A stretch of 64,000 nt of DNA from a virus. A program made the translations under genes and the position numbers. Below are positions 37,118-44,406 of the stretch, in pieces. The stretch spans positions 1 to 64,000 of IMG/VR virus record IMGVR_UViG_3300028029_000002; one strand, 5' to 3'. Positions within the stretch are counted from its first letter, which is position 1, and every line of letters starts with the position of its first letter. Under the pieces are notes generated by a model, which was not told the DNA's origin, did no database searches, and saw only the letters and a program-made list of their open reading frames with translations.

Positions 37118-37506
37118 TCTAACTCCTGTGTGCGAACGGTGAGTTTCCGACCATTGTCTAAACGCACGGTCGTTTCTCGTGCGTTGCTTCTCACTACAGT
37201 CACTGGTACACCTCGGTATGTCCGTTCTTCTCCAACTACGCTGTGTGCCATGCGTTTTATCACTCTTTCCCCGGCTAGTGTCAACTTACCATCTTCCACC
37301 AACTCGCGATCTCTCAGTTTCTTAATCCCTTTACTTTTGCCCTGCTTGACTTTACTCAATCCCTCCTCCTCCGCTTTGGTCAGAGCTAACACCATGACGT
37401 ATCCCTCTTGTTTTCCTCGACATACGGGACACTCTGTCATGTGTATCTCGTTCCCACATACCGGGCAAATCCCATCCTCAACTATCGCAAATCTGATCTT
37501 GTCCAT
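37114..37506 (-). CDS. zinc-ribbon protein (130 aa)
   Basis: CPVC...CPVC; RBS GGAGG. Confidence 0.6.
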   Translation of the reverse strand: MDKIRFAIVEDGICPVCGNEIHMTECPVCRGKQEGYVMVLALTKAEEEGLSKVKQGKSKGIKKLRDRELVEDGKLTLAGERVIKRMAHSVVGEERTYRGVPVTVVRSNARETTVRLDNGRKLTVRTQELE

Positions 37507-37539
37507 TTCCTTGCCTCCATACTATGGTTGTTATCTCTA

Positions 37540-37905
37540 TTATCCACCTCCTATGCTTTTGTCAATAAATACAGCCATTGTGATCCCATCTACATACCGG
37601 AAGTATAAACATATCCCTCCTTCACAATATATCGAGGTCTCTGGCGCGGCTTTGATCATTTGCGCGGCTTCATGTATCCCTATTGCCTTCGTCCTGATCT
37701 CAATCCCGTTCCCAATTGCAATGTCTGTATATCGCTTCACTACCATATCTAGCACATCGGTCGGTAGTGCGGTCAACGGTACATCCACTCGTACCTCCCG
37801 CTTCTTTACCTTCGTTCGCTCGCCGGTGTCCAGTAGGTAGACGCGACCGTTGCCTATGTAGATACCTTCGCCCTTTGGGGTGGTTACGGTTGTGCCTTGT
37901 TTCAT
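37540..37905 (-). CDS. hypothetical protein (121 aa), paralog of 37915..38262
   Basis: RBS AAGGAG. MKQGTTVTTPKGEGIYIGNGRVYLLD...GNGIEIRT is shared with the neighbouring gene. Confidence 0.65.
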   Translation of the reverse strand: MKQGTTVTTPKGEGIYIGNGRVYLLDTGERTKVKKREVRVDVPLTALPTDVLDMVVKRYTDIAIGNGIEIRTKAIGIHEAAQMIKAAPETSIYCEGGICLYFRYVDGITMAVFIDKSIGGG

Positions 37906-37914
37906 ATTGGCTCC

Positions 37915-38262
37915 TTATTCCATAATTCTGTCTATGAGTACGGCGGTCATGATGTCTCCCCGCTCCACAAAATACAAACACACTTCTCCTTTGCAATATG
38001 GAGTCGTGATGTCCGGTGTGGCTTTGATCTCTATCTTCGGCGTTCGGATTTCTATTCCGTTCCCAGTTACTACCCGCGTGTAACGACGGATTGCTAGGTC
38101 TAACACGTTGCTCGGTAAGGCCATCGCCGAAAAGTCAATCTTGACCTCGCGGCGTAATCGCTTCACTCGCTCGTATGTCCCTCTGTCTATTATGTATACG
38201 AGATCGTCTCCAATATAAATGCCGTTCCCGCGTGGCGTGCTGACGAATGTTCCTTTTTTCAT
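37915..38262 (-). CDS. hypothetical protein (115 aa), first gene of the leftward operon
   Basis: RBS GGGAG. MKKGTFVSTPRGNGIYIGDDLVYIID...GNGIEIRT. Confidence 0.65.
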   Translation of the reverse strand: MKKGTFVSTPRGNGIYIGDDLVYIIDRGTYERVKRLRREVKIDFSAMALPSNVLDLAIRRYTRVVTGNGIEIRTPKIEIKATPDITTPYCKGEVCLYFVERGDIMTAVLIDRIME

Positions 38263-38289
38263 ACATACTCCCGGTACTGTGGTATTGAT

Positions 38290-38317
38290 AGTATAACACG
38301 GGTAGAGGGATTGTCTA
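38290..38317 (-). promoter_or_regulatory. sigma70-like leftward promoter (-35 TAGACA, 16 nt, TGt-TATACT)
   Basis: Minus strand reads TAGACAatccctctacccgTGtTATACT, 27 nt upstream of ATG 38262, in an AT-rich divergent region. Confidence 0.55.
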
Positions 38318-38427
38318 GTTTAAATTTTTTTTCGCGGGAAGAGAGGATTAGTGTCTGGTTCACGATGTCAAAGTGAACCGGGGGGTATCTTTATATCTCT
38401 CATGGACGCTTGGATGTTGTCAGCAAA

Positions 38428-38709
38428 CCCACCTAGCAATAGGAAGGGACAATAAGAACACAAGCCGGGACGCCTGATGAGGGAAATACCCGTGAAGTTG
38501 TTCGACCACCACGTTGTGATACTCGCGTGGCTAAACAAGTCTAGTATCACCCCACGTTTCACAGGGTAGCGTGGTTAATCTTCACCCTGGTGTCGTTGTT
38601 CGCCGTTGACAAAGCTTCGGTCAACCGCGTGTAGTATCCAGAAGCCGTTGTGCTGATGCCTCACCGCAAGGGAGGAACAAGTAGGCATGACGCAACCATG
38701 GAGGTTGAA
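38428..38709 (+). ncRNA. conserved structured leader element, copy 1
   Basis: Shares blocks with 39529..39817: an identical 21-mer, the loop ACGCCTGATGAGGGAA and an identical 38-mer. At least three helices show compensatory differences between copies. Confidence 0.6.
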
Positions 38710-39030
38710 ATGTATTCCAATAAAGAAATTCGTGCCACGTCGTCCGCTAAGGTTGTTCAGATGCTGTTTGTTATTGCTGCAATCATTGTGTTTGTGGCGA
38801 TAGCGGTTCCGTATGTTCTCTCGACCGTTCGCACGGTCGAAGTCGCCAGCGGTGGCGACTTAACGGCGGTGGGTTGTCAGGCGGAGTACACCACCTGGCA
38901 AGATGGGGGCGAATTCCCCTCACAGACGTGCTCCGAAAGCACGTCCGGTATTGAGTTGTGGTGTGAGAACCACAACGTTACCGATGGAAAAATGGCGCAG
39001 GCATGCGCCAACGTCAAGGCGGGTAAGTAA
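38710..39030 (+). CDS. membrane-anchored Cys-containing small protein (106 aa; start refined)
   Basis: GGAGGT-5 nt-ATG at 38710. TM segment VVQMLFVIAAIIVFVAIAVPYVL. Confidence 0.6.
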   Translation: MYSNKEIRATSSAKVVQMLFVIAAIIVFVAIAVPYVLSTVRTVEVASGGDLTAVGCQAEYTTWQDGGEFPSQTCSESTSGIELWCENHNVTDGKMAQACANVKAGK

Positions 39031-39031
39031 G

Positions 39032-39223
39032 ATGGCCCGCCTTGAAGCGTCATCGAACGGCGTGTTCCTCTTCACGTGGGAAGGGGAGATCGTGCGGGAG
39101 AAAACAGCCGCAGTGCGTTATGCGCTGTGGCACGGTGTCCGTATTTCAGCCGAGGCTCGGAAATTGCTTGCGGCTGAGATCGCCCTCGTCATGTCCGAAT
39201 TGGAGGCGCAGTATGACCTCTAA
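39032..39223 (+). CDS. hypothetical protein (63 aa)
   Basis: ATG lies 1 nt after the preceding stop; in-frame portion of track ORF 38903..39223. Confidence 0.45.
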   Translation: MARLEASSNGVFLFTWEGEIVREKTAAVRYALWHGVRISAEARKLLAAEIALVMSELEAQYDL

Positions 39224-39467
39224 TTCAGTCGTGGCGCACCGGGTCACACCAGACCCGGTGTTGGACGAATGGTTCCCCCGCCAGCATAACGTCAGTGCGA
39301 TTGACGTTATGCTGGCACACGCCCTGTCAGAGAAACGGCAGGGCGTTCGGGTTGAATGGGACGTGTATCAAGCGGCCCAGCACGAGGGGTATACCCTCAA
39401 GAACGTTGTGGTGGTGGGTGCGCCGATGCCCCCGAAGCCGCAACGGCGGGGGCTACGTTGGCGGTAG
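39213..39467 (+). CDS. hypothetical protein (84 aa)
   Basis: GGAGG-6 nt-ATG at 39213; in-frame portion of track ORF 39042..39467. Confidence 0.5.
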   Translation: MTSNSVVAHRVTPDPVLDEWFPRQHNVSAIDVMLAHALSEKRQGVRVEWDVYQAAQHEGYTLKNVVVVGAPMPPKPQRRGLRWR

Positions 39468-39484
39468 CCCCCATTCATGCGTAG

Positions 39485-39511
39485 CCCCCTCACATTGCGA
39501 TGTAGAGGGGG
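39485..39511 (+). terminator. terminator-like hairpin
   Basis: CCCCCTC(acat tgcg atgta)GAGGGGG followed by TTGGTGTTGG. Confidence 0.5.
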
Positions 39512-39528
39512 TTGGTGTTGGCATAAAG

Positions 39529-39817
39529 CCCACCTAGCAATAGGAAGGGCGTATATAGGACACTAGCCTGGGACGCCTGATGAGGGAAGTACCCAGGAAG
39601 CATGTCCGCACACCACGTATGTTCTGACGTGGCTAAACAATGTGCAGAACACCCCCACGTTCTATAGGGTAGCGTGGTTAATCTTCACCCTAGCGGATGT
39701 CCATCCAATCCATTGCAGAGATTACTCCGCTTGGCAATGTGTGCGTTAGGAGTTGCCGTGCTGATGCCTCACCGCAAGGGAGGAACAAGTAGGCACGGTA
39801 TGACCCAGGAGGTCGAA
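39529..39817 (+). ncRNA. conserved structured leader element, copy 2
   Basis: See copy 1. It precedes the RNAP-like gene directly and ends in GGAGGT-5 nt-ATG. Confidence 0.6.
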
Positions 39818-42097
39818 ATGTCCAAGATTTATAAAGCAGTAGAGTTGGTAGTTAAGAATACCTCGATCACGATTGAGGATAAGGGCAGCACTAATGCCGC
39901 CCGTGATGACCGCATGAAGCGGTACATCACATCCGAGGTAGAGAGAGAGTGTCTAGCCGCCCACATCGGGTGGTTGGACAGCAGCACTTTCGTCAGTATC
40001 CCCCACACGGGCGTCGATGGCAAAGCAATTGACGTTGACTCCTACCAGCAGTTATTGGTAGGGGCACAGGGTAGTGGCGTATTAGTCGCCACACAAAGTG
40101 GCGAAAAGGCGGGGAACTACATCCGCCTGACCGCCGAGGCGTGGGAGCGGTTCGCCGCGCCCCTGCGGGGGAAAGTCAGGGGCGCGAAAGCCTTGCAGGT
40201 GGCGGGGTTGTTATTCTCCGCCACGACGAAGGATCAATATTCCGTTGAGTCCGCAGTCGTCATCACCCCCGGCCATCCCCTTGACCGGGGGCAAGATGGT
40301 AATGGGATGGCCCCGAAATCCCTGACCCCCACCACCGTCCAGGTGCGGTTCGCCGCCCTGGACGCGGCTGGCGAAGTTGACGCCAGCCGTGTGGGTAAGG
40401 GGATTCTCAGCCCCACGTCCCCCGATGGGAGGGTGTATTTGCACCACTCCCAATTGAAAGGGGCATGGGACATTGCCCCCTGGGAAGAAGGACAAGAGGA
40501 AATCGTTGTCAGCGTCCTCGTTCTTCGGAATGAGGGCGTTTCCGCTGAGCGCATTATGCGCGACCCGGAGACCGGAAAGGTCTCACTCCGCGCAAAGCGG
40601 AGTTGGATGAGCAGTGAAGTCACCGCCCTCTTCTCACCGTCAGCCAATCTTCACCTGGCGGAAGGCGGGGAGGGGATTCATTCCCAGAAAGTCCGCCGTG
40701 AGGTCGAGAACCTCACGGGGATGTTCAGCGAGGAGGGGCGTGTTTCCCTTCTCAAACGCTGGGGCGGGCTAGAGTTGGACGAGGAGGGCCATTTGCTGCC
40801 CTCCAAGAACGCGGGCATTGAGGCTCTTCGTACCCCCCTGCCCTGGTGCAGGGAAGTAGAGGAATTGCTGGGGCGTTTCGCTGTACCAGAAGTGGTACAG
40901 ATAGCTCACGGGGCTGGCATCCCCGTGAAGGTATCGCTTCTCGTCCAAGACGAGAAGTACGGACGCAAGCCCATCTCCCTGAAAGCCGCCCTGAAGAGGG
41001 TGGCGGAAGGGAAGCGGGTTTGGGGACTCTATCGGGTTCCCGTAACGGGCACACAGGCGATCCAGTGGTTCACCCGCGCCCCTTATAAGAGGGGTATCGG
41101 GTTCGTGATCGCTCCGTCCGCCGCGAAAGGCATGGACGGGGATAGCGACGGAGACCCCGGATACCAAATTGACCCAAAGGACGCGCCCGCAGTGGCGCAG
41201 TCCCTGGATACGCGCTTGAGCGGGTCTGGCAAGCCCGCTAAACAGGCGAAGCCGGATTTTCCGCTCAATAGTATGTCCGTCTTGGAGTATTGGATGGACA
41301 TGCTTGTCCATCACCCCCTCGTGGGGCGTGCCACGACCCTGTCGTGGCGTCTCATGCGGGATGGTCGCCACGAGGACGCTGTGTTAGCGTCCACGGCGGC
41401 CAACGCCGCCCCGATGCTGGCGAAGCATCGGGTGGACATTGACGGCGAAGCCGTCTCCGACATCGTGTACCGTCTTTCGGAGGAGGAACGTGCCCGCGCT
41501 CCGAAGACCGGAGATGGATACTCCATCATTGCGCCATTGCAATGGCGCGATTGGAAGGCGGCGTCGAAGCCGCTCCGTTCCCTGCGCCAAATGGCGTGGG
41601 GCAACGGTTCCCCGGAGAGCGTTCTCGACGAGTTGTCCATCGTCGCCACCCGCGCTGTCGAAGCGTGGGCGGCGAAGCCCGTTGGGGAACTCACGTTCAG
41701 CCGCACCGCCCGGTTGGTCTTCGCCCGTCGAGGGCGGTTGTTGCCGGGATGGGCGGTGCGCTCCGCCGCTCGGATCCGGGCCGAGTGGGCGAACTTCTGG
41801 ATCGCCCACATCCGCCGCGAAGGAGATAAAGTCTCCTTCATCGGCAATGATTTTGATACGATCTACAACGCCGTCCGCGAGTGGGGCGCGGCGGCTGATG
41901 TAGAGAGTCTTGCGGCATTGATGTCGCACCGCCGCAAGAGCGGCGAATCAATGCGGCTCAAGTGGGCCGCAATCTTCGACACCCACCGAGGTGTCGAAGT
42001 GTTGGGCCTCCACCCAGCGGTGGAGGAGGCATTGGGCGCGGACTACAAACGCGCCAAGTTAGTGGACGCGCTGGTTGCGTCCCTTGAAGAGGAGTAA
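39818..42097 (+). CDS. YonO / RdRP-like single-subunit two-barrel RNA polymerase candidate (759 aa; start refined from 39674)
   Basis: Motif ...GLYRVPVTGTQAIQWF...GFVIAPSAAKGMDGDSDGD, with DSDGD encoded at 41141-41155. This resembles the R-x-P...aP....DxDGD catalytic loop of the DPBB RNAP/RdRP family. Size is similar to YonO. Confidence 0.55.
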   Translation: MSKIYKAVELVVKNTSITIEDKGSTNAARDDRMKRYITSEVERECLAAHIGWLDSSTFVSIPHTGVDGKAIDVDSYQQLLVGAQGSGVLVATQSGEKAGNYIRLTAEAWERFAAPLRGKVRGAKALQVAGLLFSATTKDQYSVESAVVITPGHPLDRGQDGNGMAPKSLTPTTVQVRFAALDAAGEVDASRVGKGILSPTSPDGRVYLHHSQLKGAWDIAPWEEGQEEIVVSVLVLRNEGVSAERIMRDPETGKVSLRAKRSWMSSEVTALFSPSANLHLAEGGEGIHSQKVRREVENLTGMFSEEGRVSLLKRWGGLELDEEGHLLPSKNAGIEALRTPLPWCREVEELLGRFAVPEVVQIAHGAGIPVKVSLLVQDEKYGRKPISLKAALKRVAEGKRVWGLYRVPVTGTQAIQWFTRAPYKRGIGFVIAPSAAKGMDGDSDGDPGYQIDPKDAPAVAQSLDTRLSGSGKPAKQAKPDFPLNSMSVLEYWMDMLVHHPLVGRATTLSWRLMRDGRHEDAVLASTAANAAPMLAKHRVDIDGEAVSDIVYRLSEEERARAPKTGDGYSIIAPLQWRDWKAASKPLRSLRQMAWGNGSPESVLDELSIVATRAVEAWAAKPVGELTFSRTARLVFARRGRLLPGWAVRSAARIRAEWANFWIAHIRREGDKVSFIGNDFDTIYNAVREWGAAADVESLAALMSHRRKSGESMRLKWAAIFDTHRGVEVLGLHPAVEEALGADYKRAKLVDALVASLEEE

Positions 42098-42397
42098 AAT
42101 CCTCCCCCCTGACACCGTGGGGGTCACAGCAAAGGTGTCGGTGCGCCGCATTGCGGTTCCTGTGCAACTCAGGATTAAAGCACCGTGTCGGTAGTCAAAC
42201 CGACGCTCAGGTTGGTGTAAGCAAGCATTTGCCGTGTCCTGACTTCCTGGGAAGCAGAACATAGCAAATGTGCGGTAGGACAACGGGACGATCTCCTGGG
42301 AGACGCGAAGTTGTTCCTGCCCGCTTGCACCAACCTGCCGCTCCACAGGAGTGGGGCCAGGGGTATGGTCAGCGATTGCGTAAGACCTCCTCCTTAA

Positions 42398-42441
42398 GGG
42401 GGATACAAGGTATAACGCAGCCTTGTATCCCCCGCTTTTTC
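42398..42441 (+). terminator. intrinsic terminator
   Basis: GGGGGATACAAGG-tataacgcag-CCTTGTATCCCCC followed by GCTTTTTCT. Confidence 0.75.
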
Positions 42442-42549
42442 TAAGGGACGGTGAACAGGCGGGCGCATGAAGCAGCTTGCCATATCACCGCCCCTTAGAA
42501 AAGGCCGGGAGGATCGGCCTATTATTCATTATAACCTGGGAGGTTTATT

Positions 42550-42855
42550 ATGTTTTCCATTAGCTATACGAAACATGGTGATGTTGAGACTGTGGTGTAT
42601 CAATGTGGCTGCGTGAAAGTCAACAATCAATTGCGTCGTTGTGCCGCGCATCAACGCGAGCACGAACGGCAAGTTGAGGCCAAACGCCTGCGCTTGCAAG
42701 CACGAGCCGTGCTGCACTTGCGCTCCCCACTGTCGTTTAGCGAGGGCGCATGGGTCGTCCGCACCCTCCGTGGAAAGAGTACTGTTGCGGAGTACCGCAA
42801 CCTCGTCACCCTGCACCGCACGCCGCGTGAAGCGGCGCGTGCGGTGTGTCATTAG
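42550..42855 (+). CDS. hypothetical protein (101 aa)
   Basis: RBS GGGAGG upstream of ATG. Confidence 0.6.
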   Translation: MFSISYTKHGDVETVVYQCGCVKVNNQLRRCAAHQREHERQVEAKRLRLQARAVLHLRSPLSFSEGAWVVRTLRGKSTVAEYRNLVTLHRTPREAARAVCH

Positions 42856-42973
42856 TCTGATTTGGGGGCGGGTAGCAATACTCGCCCCCAACCTTTTTCT
42901 CGGCCCATCACCCGCTGGTAGGCCGAGAAAAGGGCTGCTGTTCCTGCCCCTCACACACCATATAGGAGATATT

Positions 42974-43387
42974 ATGACAACCAAGAAGCAAGTATTCACC
43001 ACTATCGCCGTCGAGCGCGGCGATATTATCACCGGCGTTTACAAGACGCCGGGGCGTCCCAAGCAAACCGTGACTCTCGAAGTTGAAGCGGTCGTGAAAA
43101 CCGACCGTCGAGAGTACGTGATCGGCACCCCCCTGTCCGGGATGGACTGGGCGGGTTCTCGTGTGGCCTTGAAGCCTCAGTGCTTCTGGGCCAGCACGCT
43201 AGAGGTGTCGAAGGGCACGGCGGATCTCCGCCCGTTGCCCGAAAACCTGTTCGTTTTCGCCTCCTACTCCGCGTCCTTCGGGATGATGGAAGAGGTAGAA
43301 GATGAAGACGTTGCGGAAGCCGAGATTCAGGGCGGTGTCCGCATTGAAACCTTGCTCGTCCCGTTCGCGGAGATGAAGCAACTGTAG
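42974..43387 (+). CDS. hypothetical protein (137 aa; start refined from 42641)
   Basis: RBS AGGAG-6 nt-ATG at 42974. Confidence 0.6.
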   Translation: MTTKKQVFTTIAVERGDIITGVYKTPGRPKQTVTLEVEAVVKTDRREYVIGTPLSGMDWAGSRVALKPQCFWASTLEVSKGTADLRPLPENLFVFASYSASFGMMEEVEDEDVAEAEIQGGVRIETLLVPFAEMKQL

Positions 43388-43397
43388 TACATACCCT

Positions 43398-43429
43398 ACA
43401 GCCCCCAGCAATTCACCGCTGGGGGCTGT
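43398..43429 (+). terminator. strong hairpin (terminator candidate, weak U-tract)
   Basis: ACAGCCCCCAGC-aattcacc-GCTGGGGGCTGT. Confidence 0.45.
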
Positions 43430-43443
43430 GAGGTGCGTATTAC

Positions 43444-43471
43444 TTGCACCCTGCGGGCGTTGTGCTATCAT
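43444..43471 (+). promoter_or_regulatory. sigma70-like promoter (-35 TTGCAC, 16 nt, TGc-TATCAT)
   Basis: Read directly. Palindrome copy 4 starts about 14 nt downstream of the -10. Confidence 0.45.
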
Positions 43472-43484
43472 TGTGATAGTACAT

Positions 43485-43502
43485 TGGTTCGCATGCGAAC
43501 TA
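43485..43502. repeat. palindrome copy 4 (TGGTTCGCATGCGAACTA) followed by TTTTT
   Basis: Read directly. Confidence 0.85.
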
Positions 43503-43744
43503 TTTTTAAGGCCGGAGCGTGCCTCCCTCTAGCACAGGGGCATGACGCTTGAGTACCGGCCAAAATCATTGCTAGGTGAGTGCTAGACACCCAGCAAGCG
43601 GTAGTGGCTTTCATCGCGGGTATCTGCCACCGTTTACACGGCAATCCTGTGTCCCGTCAGGTAAGCCACCCCGCACAAGGGCGACCGCGGCCCAATCGAG
43701 TTACCCCAGCCCCGTGGTGCAAGCTGGGATAAAAAGGAGAAAAG

Positions 43745-44062
43745 ATGGAATTTGTCAATCTAACACCTCATACGATCAATATTCACAACGAGAGCGATGA
43801 ACTCGTTCTCACCGTTCCCCCCAGCGGAAAAGTAGCGCGAGTAGCAGCCCCGCGTCGTCAGTTCGCCCAGATCGACGGCGTCGGCATCTACACCGTCGCC
43901 TACGGGGAGATCGAAGGTCTCCCCGCGCCCCAAGAGGGCGTCCGTTACATCACCAGCGGTCTCGTGCGCACTCGCGCCGACCGCAGTGATGTATTCTCCC
44001 CCGGCCCGCTGTTGCGGGACGAGGACGGTCGCCCGATGGGGTGCATCGGGCTGAATGGATGA
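43745..44062 (+). CDS. hypothetical protein (105 aa)
   Basis: RBS AAGGAG; preceded by a leader of about 270 nt. Confidence 0.65.
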   Translation: MEFVNLTPHTINIHNESDELVLTVPPSGKVARVAAPRRQFAQIDGVGIYTVAYGEIEGLPAPQEGVRYITSGLVRTRADRSDVFSPGPLLRDEDGRPMGCIGLNG

Positions 44063-44406
44063 AATTCTGGCATTACGCCAGAGTGCCAGACACCGTCATG
44101 GCCAGCGATGAATACGCGCTGGTGGACGGTGAGTTCTGGTATTTTCCCGAACTCGACATCCCAGAGGAGGCAACGCGAGTTGTGTTCGCCGCCCCTGTGG
44201 GATACGGGTGGTGGAAAAGAGATCGGCGCGAACACCTGATCGTCATCGATGTTCCCGATGACACGCTGGTGTTTGCCGGGTTCCCCAGCCGCAAGCGGGT
44301 CAAGATGACCGCCCGCGAAGCGGCTCAGTTGCCTGTAGAAGTAACAACGGGCAACTGGGATGGGTACGAGGTCATCATTCCAGAGGATTTAGTACAGCGC
44401 GTCTAA
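44059..44406 (+). CDS. hypothetical protein (115 aa; start refined)
   Basis: ATGA overlap with the preceding stop. Confidence 0.55.
   Translation: MKFWHYARVPDTVMASDEYALVDGEFWYFPELDIPEEATRVVFAAPVGYGWWKRDRREHLIVIDVPDDTLVFAGFPSRKRVKMTAREAAQLPVEVTTGNWDGYEVIIPEDLVQRV

Noticed and set aside
38428-38448. The 21-mer CCCACCTAGCAATAGGAAGGG read as a T7/T3-like single-subunit RNAP promoter.
   Set aside because: The resemblance to ...CACTAAAGGGAGA is only loose. It occurs just twice, and the encoded polymerase candidate belongs to the two-barrel family, not the T7-like family. It is kept only as the 5' boundary of the leader element.
38474-38497. Hammerhead ribozyme core (CUGAUGA...GAA) in both leader copies.
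   Set aside because: After the GGG/CCC stem the sequence is GUGAAG / AGGAAG, not the required GAAA with A15.1-U16.1. The covariation places CUGAUGAGGGAA inside a hairpin loop rather than at a three-way junction. No plausible cleavage-site helix I/III was found.
38368-38562. 64-aa minus-strand ORF overlapping leader copy 1.
   Set aside because: It has no RBS and no counterpart ORF over leader copy 2 despite the nucleotide conservation. The conservation pattern fits RNA structure instead.
38650-38687. Resemblance of GCUGAUGCCUCACCGCAAGGG to fluoride (crcB) or glycine riboswitch segments.
   Set aside because: Only short fragments resemble those consensus sequences, and the partner segments required for those folds are absent. 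The element is far larger than either riboswitch.
43485-43502. The palindrome read as a LexA/Cheo SOS box.
   Set aside because: The Cheo box is GAAC-N4-GTTC. Here the arms are in the opposite order (GTTC-N6-GAAC), so it does not fit known LexA consensus sequences.
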